IMG/VR virus record: IMGVR_UViG_3300032323_000661
Location: 1-56,368 of that record
DNA length: 56,368 nucleotides
Direction: 5' to 3' (one strand)
Origin: a virus
Lineage: Duplodnaviria > Caudoviricetes
The notes under the pieces: model-generated
What the model saw: the letters and a program-made list of their open reading frames with translations, nothing else
What the model was told of the DNA's origin: nothing
Databases searched by the model: none
Shown: piece after piece, positions 16,208 to 26,016 of the stretch
How positions within the stretch are numbered: position 1 is the stretch's first letter
Layout: every line of letters starts with the position of its first letter
Made by a program: the position numbers and the translations under genes

Positions 16208-18700
16208 TTATACTCCTAAGGCGTTTTGTGCGCTTTGCTGCGCGGTGAGTGCAGTTTCTAGCTGCTCCTTTTGCAGAACCTGCGCGTCTTGCGTAAGCTC
16301 GGCGGATTTGATACGCTCCTCGGTCAGATTGTCCGACGCGTTGAGCGCGATGTCGATCTGCTGCTGCCGGTTCTGATGCAGCGCTTGCTGCGCCAGCTTC
16401 TTCTCGGCCAGCACTGTGTCAGCTTGGTCCTTGAGCTTGCGACGCTCGGTCTCGGCCATCGACGTCTGCAGAATCACCTGATCCGCTCCGTCCATCTGTG
16501 GCTTCGGTGCGAACGTCTGCAGAATCTTCACCATCTGCATGATTGCCGGTTGTACCTGCGTCAACGTCTCTTTCGCGTCGATCGATGTGTGCTGCGACGC
16601 CAACGCGTACAGCTTGTCGATCTCGCCCGTGACCCCCGCGATGTCGTAATCCTTCACCGGACGACCCAGCGACTCCTCGACGTAGCCGTTCATGTGGCCC
16701 ATGTACCACAGCAGCAAGTGCTGCTTGATGTGCTCCAGCGCTTGCGGCAGGAACTGTTGCGCGATAATCGGGTTGGCACCAAGCAGCGGGTTGAGAGCGA
16801 AGTCCAAGTGCGCTTGCAGGTGCGCCAGCTGGTTCTGGTGCGGATACGCGAATGCTGCGCGACCGATCGCCATCGCCGCGTTCTCTTCCGCTGCGTTGAT
16901 CTCCATCGGCTCGGCTGTCGCGGGCATCAGTTCGGTGACGTTCGGCACCTTCATCTGCTTGAGCGCCCGCTGCACCACGGCACGACGGTCGAAGAGGTCG
17001 GGGTACTTGTCCATCATGGCCATGACCGCTTGGGTCTGCGCCATGCGCTGAGTCTCCGAGAAGATGTGCGGGTCCGACACTGGGATCACGTCGGAATTGC
17101 GGTTGAAGTCCTCGCGCTTGATGTCGAGATTCTCCACCATGTCGCCTTTGTGCATCTCGTCGAGATACCAGCGGTCGATGCGCTGCAGGATCTTGAGCAC
17201 TCGCGACTGCGAATCGTGCAAACGGGCGTGAATCGCGGCGAATACCTTCGAGCCCTGCTCGATCAGCGCCTGCGCGGTGCCGACCGGCATGTTGTTGCCC
17301 GCGTCCGCGATCTTCTCTTCGGCGGTCGTGACCACACCCTTGGCGGCGTCGGTGAGGAACCCCACGAGCTTGAACAGCGTCTCGCTCGGTGGGTTGAAGG
17401 GCATCGGCATGGCGATCTTGCGAATGTCGTCCACACCCGGAGCGCCTTCGATCTCGGTGACCTGCGTGACTTCTACGTTCTGGCTCTGCCCGGAGATTTT
17501 CGCTCCTTTGAGCTTGAGCATCGTAGCCGCGTTGTTAATGTGCGCCGTATCCAGTAGAGCACGCAAACCGCCAGTAATAGCAGCAGAAAGACCGCCAATG
17601 AGGTGCGGGAGTCCGATAGCATAAGCGCCTCGCCACGGGATAAATTTGAACTCGACCAGCCAGTCGAGCTTGGACATCGTAGCGTCGCCCTCTTCCCAGT
17701 TGCGGTACAGCCCGACGACTTCGGTGTTTTCCTCGTCGATCATCAGGATGTAGGGGGCGAGCTCGCCCTTGGAGTGCGAGTCGTCTTCGACTTCGAGCAT
17801 GACGTACACGTGATAGACGCGACGCTCGCCGTCGATGTTGTCCACCCAGCTGCGGCCCTCGATCTTGTTGTTCGCCTTCTCGGGTGCGGTTGGGTCCGGC
17901 TCCATTGAGGCACGGGTGATGGAAATGTCGCGGTACAGACCCGAGCCGATGCGCGACTCGAATTCCTGCTGCGTGATATCCTGCTGCTCCGTGGCCCGCT
18001 GTGCGGTGTAGAAGTTCGCAGCGGAGAAAGGCAGAATCACATTGTCGATCGGTACGAACTCGGCGCAGGGGCGCTTCTTGCGGTCATCGTACCAGAGCTT
18101 GAGGTACTGGGAGCCGCCGAGTGGCAGCTGCGTGAGCATCTGCTCCATTTCGTCCCGGAACTCTTCGACCTGATTGGTCAGCTGCCAATTCATGAAGTCG
18201 CGCTTGCGCTCGGCACGCTTCTCCTCTTCCTCGTTCACGTCGCCCACGATGTTCGTGCGCACTGGACCGTCCGGTGGGAACAGTTCTTTAATCGCCCGTG
18301 ATTCGAAGTCGATGCACGCCTCGGCCATGACCGGGTGCACCACCTTGGAGGCCCCTTGGAACGTCGCGCCACCGGGGGCGTCGTTGCCCATACCCGTGCG
18401 CTTGAGGCCCTCTTCGTACTGCTTGTCGCGCTCCTTGCGTGCTTCGCGGTCTTTCTCGATCAGATCGAGGTACTTGAGCGCCATCGACGACAGTTCGAAC
18501 TCGGGCAACTCCTCCGCGAGGTTCGCGTAGAAATCCTGGTCTTCCTTCGGGCCTTTGAACTCGTCCATGCGGACGATTGCCGAACCGTCCGGCTGCTCCT
18601 GAACCTCTGCGAATTCATCATCCAGATCGAGCACGATGCCCTCGATATCCTCGGGGCCTTCGGTTATTTCCATCTGCGGTTGGGGGAATGCGGTTGCCAT
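16208..18700 (-). CDS. Portal protein (long, P22-like, with C-terminal helical barrel)
   Basis: 830 aa; VHPVMAEA, LPLGGS..K.W.D, FIPWRGAYAIGL.HLIG, PVGTAQALIEQG motifs; Q-rich C-terminus. Confidence 0.88.
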   Translation of the reverse strand: MATAFPQPQMEITEGPEDIEGIVLDLDDEFAEVQEQPDGSAIVRMDEFKGPKEDQDFYANLAEELPEFELSSMALKYLDLIEKDREARKERDKQYEEGLKRTGMGNDAPGGATFQGASKVVHPVMAEACIDFESRAIKELFPPDGPVRTNIVGDVNEEEEKRAERKRDFMNWQLTNQVEEFRDEMEQMLTQLPLGGSQYLKLWYDDRKKRPCAEFVPIDNVILPFSAANFYTAQRATEQQDITQQEFESRIGSGLYRDISITRASMEPDPTAPEKANNKIEGRSWVDNIDGERRVYHVYVMLEVEDDSHSKGELAPYILMIDEENTEVVGLYRNWEEGDATMSKLDWLVEFKFIPWRGAYAIGLPHLIGGLSAAITGGLRALLDTAHINNAATMLKLKGAKISGQSQNVEVTQVTEIEGAPGVDDIRKIAMPMPFNPPSETLFKLVGFLTDAAKGVVTTAEEKIADAGNNMPVGTAQALIEQGSKVFAAIHARLHDSQSRVLKILQRIDRWYLDEMHKGDMVENLDIKREDFNRNSDVIPVSDPHIFSETQRMAQTQAVMAMMDKYPDLFDRRAVVQRALKQMKVPNVTELMPATAEPMEINAAEENAAMAIGRAAFAYPHQNQLAHLQAHLDFALNPLLGANPIIAQQFLPQALEHIKQHLLLWYMGHMNGYVEESLGRPVKDYDIAGVTGEIDKLYALASQHTSIDAKETLTQVQPAIMQMVKILQTFAPKPQMDGADQVILQTSMAETERRKLKDQADTVLAEKKLAQQALHQNRQQQIDIALNASDNLTEERIKSAELTQDAQVLQKEQLETALTAQQSAQNALGV

Positions 18701-18737
18701 CGGCGATTATCCTTTTGGTGCTATATTGTACCACGGC

Positions 18738-21700
18738 TTAAGGCTCGAAACCATATTCGGCGATATCTTTGGCCGTTTGACGCAGTTCGTCGTATTTCGC
18801 GGGGTCGATGTGTCGCATGTACCGCAACGCACCCCGATTGGTAATGGGCGGGCCTTCGGTGCCGATCAGCTCCATCATCGCACGACCAGCGCCCACGGGC
18901 TCTTCGAACATGATCGACGTCGGGTCTTTGATAGATCCCACCGTGCGCTCGACCTTTTCTGGAGTCATTGTGCGATATGTCCCAAGAATCATCTTGGCGA
19001 CGTCGCTCTCGCTCATACCCTCGCGCAGACCAGCGGCGATCATTCCGGGCATACCAAACGGGGTGGCGGTGGGTGCCACGACCTTCGCCGCCTGCTTGGC
19101 GACCTCCACCGGCTTGAGTAGATCGGCGAAAGACTGCGCGGGCAGTGCGCTCTGCAGCACCTGACCGGTCGCGGACTTGAGCACAGTGCGGCGCGACACA
19201 GGGGTCGAAGCGACCTTCTGGATGGTGTCGGTGACCTTCGCGCTACTCTTGCCCGGATCGATGGACACGGTGCGCTCCTCGACCTTCGGCGCTACCTTCT
19301 CGGCCTTGTTCAGCTCGGCTTGCATCTTGTCCAACTCGCGCTGCACGGGCACCAACTCCCGCCCCGCTGTGTCCTGGCTCGGCTTGAGGCCGAACAACGA
19401 GCGACGAGCGAGGTTCACACCCTCCTTGACACCGGCCTTGACGGAGCCACCGGCCATATAGCCCTCGGGCGGGAACTCCTGAGTCAACCGTGTCAAATCC
19501 TCGTCGTTGAGGCAGCGCGGCACTTCGCGCCCAGCCGCTTTAAGCTTGAGCGCCAAATCGCTGTCGGGGTCCGTCCTGTAGAGGCCCGTGTTGGCAAAGT
19601 CACCAACATCCGACCACTCGCCGGACTTCACGAAGTCCTGCACGAATGGCAAATACTGCTCGTTGGGACGACGGTTCTGCTTGCCTTTGATCTGGACGAT
19701 TTTGTTTGCCGTCGCATCCAAAAGTTCTGGTGCTTCTGCTTTCAGAAATTCAGGCCAACTGTTGAAATATTTATTTCTGTCTGCACTATACTTTGCATAC
19801 AGCTCTGGGAGATTTTGCTTGGCGTACAGCGACTCAAGATTGGGATTGTGAGGCTCGACTTCCACCGTCACATGAGGCTCGCCCTTAGCATCACGTGGCG
19901 AGAAGATACGGGAGCGGCCTTCCATCACGTCCGGGCAGTAGCCACCAACGCAGTGGCCCATCGTTTCGCCCTCGTACTTCAGAGCTTCCTCTAATGGCTT
20001 CCTTGCGCGTTCGTTGCGCAACTGCATTAGAGCCTGCTCTTCATTGGCGAAAACGTTGTAACCTGCCGGACTGACGAGGCGATTGCCTTCGGCATCAAAT
20101 GCGCGAACACCATCTCTCACCTTTTCGAATCGGATACCCGACATATCCACATCAGGGGCTTTCAGCTCAATCCACCGGAAGCCCTCTGGATACTCCTTGT
20201 AAGTCGGCATGCCCTCAGTGGCTTTAATCTGCGCCTCGGCCATCTGCTTGGCCTTCTCCAAGTCGTACTCGTAGGTGCGGCGCACAGCTTGCTCGACGCT
20301 TACCTTGTTAAGCTGCTCGGGACGAATGCGGCCAGTGGCGAGATCCTCTTTGAGCACGTCGATCACGTGGTCGAACCCGAGGTCGTAGACGTCGCCGTGG
20401 TAGGCCGGTGCATCAGGGTCGAGCTTGGCGATCCACGGGTTCTCTTTCGCAATCATCGCATTCGGACCCTGCGAGTCGATCGATGCACGCTCGTAGTCAC
20501 GGCTTATCGCGTAAAATCCCTCATCGCCCACGATCTCGGCCTTTTGCTTCGGCGACATGACGCGCAGCATAGTGGCGGCTTCGTCCTCGTTAAAGCCATT
20601 GGAGGCCATGCGCTCGGCCATCTTAGCGTCGATTTCGGCTACTTTGGCAGAATACGCAGCTTTAGCTTCGTCGAGCTTACCACCCGATTCCACCGCTTGC
20701 TGGATGTCGCCCGCCCGGTGGGTATAAATCGACTCGTCCGCAAGGTTCTCCCATTTCTTGGCCAACTCCGATTCGCCCATACCAGTTTCGGGAAACCCAG
20801 CGCGGCCCCGCGTACGCCGCAAGGTGCCGGTAGGGTATTCCGCAGTGCGGTTCGCCAGATCGGGCAGGTGCGTGATGCCCTCCTCGGCCAGCTTGCGCAC
20901 TGGGTCAGAGGGCGTGGCCATCTGCTTTTGCAGGTAATTGCCGAGGTTACTACCGATCCATTTGTTGATCGCCTCATTCTCAGGCGTGTTTGGCGGCGGT
21001 GTGCCGATCTCGGGGAACAGGTCGGGGAGGTCGTACTGCTTGAGGCTAGATGTGCCACGCTGCACAGCACCTTTGAGCCAGTTGCCGCCCTCGGGCTTGA
21101 CCACGTTGACAGCGGGTTGACCAGCGGCCCGTGCGAAGTCCACACCAGCACGCTTGATAGCACCGGGGACGGAGGTGATCGCACGGGCAGCGGAGCCGGG
21201 TCCAGTGTAGGCCCCGCCACCCAGTATGCCGAGGCCAGAAGCGAAGCGCCCGGTAGGAGAGTCGGAGCCAAAGGGGATGCGCTTGAGGACATCCTCGCTG
21301 GTCGGCAGCACAGTCCTCTCGTCCAAGCCGGGGAGCATGCGGATCAGGGACTCGATGTCACCCGGCATCCCAAGAGTACCCGCGACGAAGCCACGGGCAA
21401 GATCGACTGGGATGTTCTTGGCGGCTTCTCGGTCTTGCTTGTCCTCGCTGCGCTTACCGGCTTTGGGATAGATACCGAAGGCAGCGCCTCCGGGTTCGCC
21501 CTTCTTGGCTCGCCCGCCTTTGTCGAACATGGCCACCGAGCCGCCCTTGGCGTAGCGTTTCGCGTGCTCGCCCACCATGCCGCCGATGGAGTACAGCGGG
21601 GTGCGATCCACAACGTCCGATTCTTTCATCTTCCGTGCGCAGGTGAACAGCGGTTCCTGCTTGCCAGTGCCCGGAGTCGAGTGCCCGTAGGCACGACCAG

Positions 21701-22064
21701 CAAACGGGTCGGCCAGCACCATCTCGGCGTGCGGCTCCAGTCCCGTCTGCCCTGCACGCTTTTGCGCGTAGTAATCGGCCACACGCTTTTGCGGCGTGAC
21801 GAACAAGTCTGGCGCTGCACCACCCTCACCCGCGAAGCCTCGATAAAAGCCCTGCAGCATGCGCTGCTCGGGTGCACGCTCCAGCGCTTGGCGGCGCATT
21901 TCGGCCTCGATCTGCTCGGGCGTGACCGGTGCACGGGGCTGAATGTCGCGTGTGTGCTTCGAGGCGTCCGCTGCATCTGCGGCCTTGTTCAGCGCAGAAC
22001 GGGCTGCGAATTCCTCGCGCAGCGCGGCCAGCGCACCACGGGCGATTTGGGCTTTAGACGGCAT
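18738..22064 (-). CDS. Large multidomain (polyvalent-type) protein with PcfJ-like domain
   Basis: 1108 aa; EGETMGHCVGGY...IFS.RD..G.PHVTVE...IVQIKGKQN resembles PcfJ; N-terminal YRG...FVTP...VA.YYA resembles an ADP-ribosyltransferase. Confidence 0.6.
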   Translation of the reverse strand: MPSKAQIARGALAALREEFAARSALNKAADAADASKHTRDIQPRAPVTPEQIEAEMRRQALERAPEQRMLQGFYRGFAGEGGAAPDLFVTPQKRVADYYAQKRAGQTGLEPHAEMVLADPFAGRAYGHSTPGTGKQEPLFTCARKMKESDVVDRTPLYSIGGMVGEHAKRYAKGGSVAMFDKGGRAKKGEPGGAAFGIYPKAGKRSEDKQDREAAKNIPVDLARGFVAGTLGMPGDIESLIRMLPGLDERTVLPTSEDVLKRIPFGSDSPTGRFASGLGILGGGAYTGPGSAARAITSVPGAIKRAGVDFARAAGQPAVNVVKPEGGNWLKGAVQRGTSSLKQYDLPDLFPEIGTPPPNTPENEAINKWIGSNLGNYLQKQMATPSDPVRKLAEEGITHLPDLANRTAEYPTGTLRRTRGRAGFPETGMGESELAKKWENLADESIYTHRAGDIQQAVESGGKLDEAKAAYSAKVAEIDAKMAERMASNGFNEDEAATMLRVMSPKQKAEIVGDEGFYAISRDYERASIDSQGPNAMIAKENPWIAKLDPDAPAYHGDVYDLGFDHVIDVLKEDLATGRIRPEQLNKVSVEQAVRRTYEYDLEKAKQMAEAQIKATEGMPTYKEYPEGFRWIELKAPDVDMSGIRFEKVRDGVRAFDAEGNRLVSPAGYNVFANEEQALMQLRNERARKPLEEALKYEGETMGHCVGGYCPDVMEGRSRIFSPRDAKGEPHVTVEVEPHNPNLESLYAKQNLPELYAKYSADRNKYFNSWPEFLKAEAPELLDATANKIVQIKGKQNRRPNEQYLPFVQDFVKSGEWSDVGDFANTGLYRTDPDSDLALKLKAAGREVPRCLNDEDLTRLTQEFPPEGYMAGGSVKAGVKEGVNLARRSLFGLKPSQDTAGRELVPVQRELDKMQAELNKAEKVAPKVEERTVSIDPGKSSAKVTDTIQKVASTPVSRRTVLKSATGQVLQSALPAQSFADLLKPVEVAKQAAKVVAPTATPFGMPGMIAAGLREGMSESDVAKMILGTYRTMTPEKVERTVGSIKDPTSIMFEEPVGAGRAMMELIGTEGPPITNRGALRYMRHIDPAKYDELRQTAKDIAEYGFEP

Positions 22065-23487
22065 AAGGGTTCACCTTCTTTTCGCGATACTCCTCGTCCA
22101 CGTACTCGGTATCGGGGGCGATGGGGTCAATATTGAGGAAGCCCATATCGCGCAGCAGTCGCAGCGCTTGGGACATGGTGTCGGTCAGGTCGTCGTGCTC
22201 GGCCTCGGGGAAGGAGCACACCTGCGAGACGAGCGGATCTGCCCAGTCGCGGGGCTGACCCTTGTGGACCATCGACTCGGGGATATAGACGCGCCCGTGG
22301 GCAATGATGTTGGCCACGAGGTGCAAGCGCTGGGTCTTGTCGGCGCGTCCCGGGTTGTAGGCCCGCACCGGGATCTGTGCCCGCTGCAGGTCCTGGATGA
22401 TCGAAATGCCCGAGGCCTTGTCCTCCACGAGCACGAGGTCCACCTTTTTGCCGGGTTCGCCGTAGATCGATTTGTACTCTTCCACAATCTTGGGGCGCAG
22501 GTCCGGATACGCGAGGCGGTCCTCCCAGCAGTCGATCAGCATGACACTCATCGGCGCGTCGTCCGATGGCCGGAACACGCCCCACACCGAGCACGCGGTG
22601 GGGTCGTTCGAGGTCTTGTCCGTGTACGCACAATCGTACGACTGCAGGATATAGATGAACTGCGGGAATGGCCGCTCGGCGTCCCACAGGCGAAACCACG
22701 AGCGTTTCACAATGCCGTAGTCTTCCGGATCGATAATCTCGGCGTACAGTTCCTGCCGCCCGATCCGCGTGCCCTCGTACTGCGACACGATCTCGTCGCG
22801 AAACGTCGGCGCGAGGTTGTTAAAGTTCTCGTGCGTCGTGCCCGTAGTCACGAACGTGCGCTCGTCCGAGTACAGGCGTTTGACCAGTGGCACCGGCTTG
22901 GGCGTGGTCGTGACGCACACCCGGGGGCGCTGCCCGAGGCGCAGGCCGAACATTAGGTTCGACCACATGTCCTCGGCGTTGCGGAACTTGGCCAGCTCGT
23001 CCACCCACGCGAGGTCATGCTGGGGGCCACGGAGCGTCTCCGGGTCATTGTCCGAGTATATGGTGGCTATCGCCCCGTTGGGCCACTCCAAGCGCCTCTT
23101 GGACGGCACAAATGTGGGACGCATGGAGGGGTGCGAGATGGCCAGGATGCCCGACTCGCCCTCGATCATCACATCCCGGGCGTCGCCCGCGTCTTCGGCG
23201 ATCAGTGCGATGCGGCCCGCGAGCTTGTTCTCGACGTGGTAGCGCACGAACTCGGCACCACAGCGGGTCTTTCCCCACCCACGACCGGCGAGAATGAGCC
23301 ACGTGGTCCAAAAGGGCTGATCCACCGGGGGCAGCTGGTTCGGGCGTGCCCACGTGGGCCAGTCGTAAAACAGTTCGAGCGCCTCCCGGTCCGATAACTC
23401 TGCGACGAAATCGTGCAGGTTATGCGGGTCGAGTGGTTCACTCTTCGGCTTTCGCCTTCTGCTGGAGCCGCTGGGCAAGGCGATCAC
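22054..23487 (-). CDS. terL: Terminase large subunit
   Basis: Walker A AGRGWGKT, LRGPQHDLAWVDE, TTTP, nuclease SYD.A and HDDLTD. Start uncertain: GTG 23487 behind GAGGG, or TTG 23517. Confidence 0.95.
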   Translation of the reverse strand: MIALPSGSSRRRKPKSEPLDPHNLHDFVAELSDREALELFYDWPTWARPNQLPPVDQPFWTTWLILAGRGWGKTRCGAEFVRYHVENKLAGRIALIAEDAGDARDVMIEGESGILAISHPSMRPTFVPSKRRLEWPNGAIATIYSDNDPETLRGPQHDLAWVDELAKFRNAEDMWSNLMFGLRLGQRPRVCVTTTPKPVPLVKRLYSDERTFVTTGTTHENFNNLAPTFRDEIVSQYEGTRIGRQELYAEIIDPEDYGIVKRSWFRLWDAERPFPQFIYILQSYDCAYTDKTSNDPTACSVWGVFRPSDDAPMSVMLIDCWEDRLAYPDLRPKIVEEYKSIYGEPGKKVDLVLVEDKASGISIIQDLQRAQIPVRAYNPGRADKTQRLHLVANIIAHGRVYIPESMVHKGQPRDWADPLVSQVCSFPEAEHDDLTDTMSQALRLLRDMGFLNIDPIAPDTEYVDEEYREKKVNPYAV

Positions 23488-24097
23488 GGAGTCCCTCGAT
23501 ATTGATGTTGGAGTCAAGCTGGCCCGAGACAGCGACGTTCACGTCTTTCGCCCGGAATTTCGCGTCGTACCCCATGAGGGTGAATTGCAGGAGGCCATCG
23601 GAGAACTTCTTCACGGTGTCGGTCCGCACGCCTTGATAGAACACCGGCTCGTCGTGCCCCACCACGGCTCGGCGGTAGGCCTCGGCACGCATGGTATCGA
23701 CCATTTCCTCTTGGATCGAGGTCATGATATTGTCGAACAGCTTGTGTTCCGCACGCCAGTTCATGAGCGTCGCCCGATGCACACCGGCACTGGTGTAGGC
23801 GTGACGCAGCGAGAAGGGCGCAGTGTCTGGACCGTCGCGGAATTCGGCGATGATCTGCAGCATCTTGAACGCCTTTGTCTCCTCGTGCTTTTTGAGCGCC
23901 CCGTTGGCCTTTGCCGTCGGATCGTTGCACACCAACGAATGTGGCAGGAGGCACGAATCACTCGGCGGGAACCGCACCCGGTCACGCACGATAGAGTCCA
24001 GCAGCGTTTGCGCGGAGATCCCGGCGCGTCGCTCGAAGTGCTCCAGCGTTTCGGCACCAATCTGGTCGAATGTGGTAAGGTCGTCGTTGAAAGCCAT
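23438..24097 (-). CDS. terS: Terminase small subunit
   Basis: HTH-like AGVHRATLMNW, EAYRRAV.G..EPVFYQG...KFSD.LL; directly upstream of terL. Confidence 0.8.
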   Translation of the reverse strand: MAFNDDLTTFDQIGAETLEHFERRAGISAQTLLDSIVRDRVRFPPSDSCLLPHSLVCNDPTAKANGALKKHEETKAFKMLQIIAEFRDGPDTAPFSLRHAYTSAGVHRATLMNWRAEHKLFDNIMTSIQEEMVDTMRAEAYRRAVVGHDEPVFYQGVRTDTVKKFSDGLLQFTLMGYDAKFRAKDVNVAVSGQLDSNINIEGLRDRLAQRLQQKAKAEE

Positions 24098-24104
24098 GGC
24101 GCGA

Positions 24105-24133
24105 ATTATACCCCACCGGTTTGTGCAACGCAA
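24105..24133 (-). promoter_or_regulatory. sigma70-like promoter for terS (probably leaderless mRNA)
   Basis: TTGCGT-17 bp-TATAAT, then 7 nt to the ATG at 24097; no SD sequence. Confidence 0.6.
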
Positions 24134-24303
24134 GATATAGCGCGAAGTCATAACGCGGCGCTCCGTTATAACGCGGGGTCATAACAATCGTGCGCGTACA
24201 CGAGAGGCCTCTGAAGAGACCCGAGTGGAGAAGGAAGGTGCTGGGGCGTCTGAAGACCCTTGCTGGTGCCTTCTCGCTCAATTGAGTACTTCCGTATTCA
24301 TTC

Positions 24304-24553
24304 GTGTTACATCGTTCCACTCTGATGGAACGGCTGATGTAACACACCAACTGGCTCCGAGGCCCCGTCCCGCTTCGGTTCTGGAGTAGTATATATATTG
24401 TGTTCCATTGTTACATCTCAATGCCCCCCAATATTGTGATTTCGTTGACAGGGCCTCATGGGTGTGCGCATGTGTAACGATGTAACAGCGGGCCTTGTTT
24501 CGAATGGGAGAGTTGTTACATTGCCCGTTCCATCTTGGTGTAACGGTGGAACA
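24304..24553. repeat. Iteron-rich non-coding element A; inverted homolog of 44122-44363
   Basis: Many GTT(A/C)CA / TG(T/G)AAC units; two blocks nearly identical to the reverse complement of element B. Confidence 0.85.
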
Positions 24554-24734
24554 CGGAGTTAGTGGCGACTAACTGGTCCCAAGGGTCCGATGACCCTGGC
24601 CGCGCTGCGTTGCACAGGCGGTGGCACCGGGTCGCCCTCCCCCAGTAGCTTGAGTCCCGAATCCCACGGGCCACTCGATATTTAACGTCTGCCGAGTAAG
24701 ACTAGTAGTGGCACGATCGCCACCACGGATTGTA

Positions 24735-25193
24735 TTACACCACGCATTCGGCCAGCGCGTCAAGCACTTGGATGGCGGTCGCATTTCGCCGGTCCAGCAC
24801 CTGCCCGAACGTCGCCCAGTCTTTCGCGGTCCACGCACCCTCGTGCTGCGCCAGTTCGGCGGCGTCGAACACGTAGACCTTTTGCTCGCTCTCGACGGCT
24901 ACGACCGCCCAGCAAGTCCCACCGTGTTGCCGGTGCCGCAGTGCCCAGTAGCGCTGGCCGGCGGTCCAGTGTGGAAGCTTCACGGTAGTGGCGGCCCGTG
25001 CCGGGAACGCGTCCAGCACCTTCAGCTCGATCCACCCCCGCAGCTGGGCGAACCCGCCAGCGTCGCCGTACTTGGCCGCGACGTACAGATCCGGCGTGTC
25101 TTTCTTGACTCGGTTCTCCACGCGTTCGAGGAAGGCGACGTGCCCGATTTTGCGCTGCATCCAGTCGTAGAGCTTTTGCTCGGGTAGTCTCAC
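24735..25193 (-). CDS. PD-(D/E)xK nuclease (VRR-NUC / Holliday junction resolvase-like)
   Basis: E..L...RVEN....TPDL...WIELK...Q..W motifs. Confidence 0.75.
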   Translation of the reverse strand: MRLPEQKLYDWMQRKIGHVAFLERVENRVKKDTPDLYVAAKYGDAGGFAQLRGWIELKVLDAFPARAATTVKLPHWTAGQRYWALRHRQHGGTCWAVVAVESEQKVYVFDAAELAQHEGAWTAKDWATFGQVLDRRNATAIQVLDALAECVV

Positions 25194-25414
25194 GCTTCCC
25201 TCGCTTTCAGCATGGCATCGGCCTGCATATGTGCGACCTTTGCAACCTCTTCCTCTTGCAGATACGCTGCGTTTGGGCGTGAAAGCTGCCCCTGCATCGC
25301 CTTGGCTGCAAAGTAGTCGCGCAGGGTCATGCCTTCACACGGCAAGTACAAGTCTTGCTCTGCGTCCCAACGCGATCCGGGGAACGCTGGCCCACCCGTG
25401 TTTGTACTGTTCAC
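25190..25414 (-). CDS. Small conserved phage protein
   Basis: TGGPAFP...GMTLRDYFAAKAMQG...ADAMLKAR family signature. Confidence 0.8.
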   Translation of the reverse strand: MNSTNTGGPAFPGSRWDAEQDLYLPCEGMTLRDYFAAKAMQGQLSRPNAAYLQEEEVAKVAHMQADAMLKAREA

Positions 25415-25728
25415 GTGTTTTTCTCCTTGAGGACGTTGTTGGCGTACACCATCCCATTGATAAAATATGGGTGGTCGTACATCGGACTATCGCCGTCGGG
25501 CATGTCGCTCGGCTCCAGCTCCTTCCATTTGCGCTGTGCCATCGCGTTCATTGCTTTGTCCACACTTGACTGCACCTGCATTTGTCGCCCATCGATCACG
25601 CCGCGCTCGTACTCGCTCAGGTGTGCACGCATATGCATCGCGTGCTCGCTCAGGGCGGCGCTTACAGCCTTTCGGCGCATGTCGGCTTCGCGCTCGATGC
25701 GGTTGAACTCGTCGTCTTCGTTGTTCAT
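25411..25728 (-). CDS. Hypothetical protein
   Basis: Start MNNEDDEF at 25728 (ATGA overlap, AAGGAG RBS); ends LKEKNT. Confidence 0.7.
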   Translation of the reverse strand: MNNEDDEFNRIEREADMRRKAVSAALSEHAMHMRAHLSEYERGVIDGRQMQVQSSVDKAMNAMAQRKWKELEPSDMPDGDSPMYDHPYFINGMVYANNVLKEKNT

Positions 25729-25859
25729 GTCTTTTGCTCCTTCAGGAATGTGAATATCAGCCCTTTGCACCGCGTGCATTGGTACATGTAGTGGTTCGGT
25801 GTGCGCCACCTTGCGCCGAAGCTGCTCGGCTCCCAGCGATGTTTACAGGTCGTCGTCAT
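25725..25859 (-). CDS. Small Cys/His protein
   Basis: MTTTCKHRW...CTRC...LKEQKT; GGAGG RBS. Confidence 0.55.
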   Translation of the reverse strand: MTTTCKHRWEPSSFGARWRTPNHYMYQCTRCKGLIFTFLKEQKT

Positions 25860-26016
25860 CGTCCTCCTCCATGTGTTCTTGCAGTAGTTGCAGCTTGGCG
25901 AGGTCGAGGCATCCGAGCGCTGTGGGCAGCACCATCGCTTCATCGTACCTGTGCACCACCTCCAGCAGCTCGTCCACGAGCTTTTGCGCCAGCGATCCTT
26001 GGTAGTCGTAGGTCAT
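25843..26016 (-). CDS. Small acidic hypothetical protein
   Basis: MTYDYQGSLAQKLVDELL...; ATGA overlap. Confidence 0.65.
   Translation of the reverse strand: MTYDYQGSLAQKLVDELLEVVHRYDEAMVLPTALGCLDLAKLQLLQEHMEEDDDDDL

Noticed and set aside
23438-23517. Programmed terS-terL frameshift fusion
   Set aside because: terL lacks a nearby ATG, but a GTG at 23487 with a GAGGG RBS explains it, and no slippery site is evident.
24304-24553. CRISPR array
   Set aside because: The repeats are short, in both orientations and irregularly spaced, with no repeat-spacer periodicity and no cas genes.
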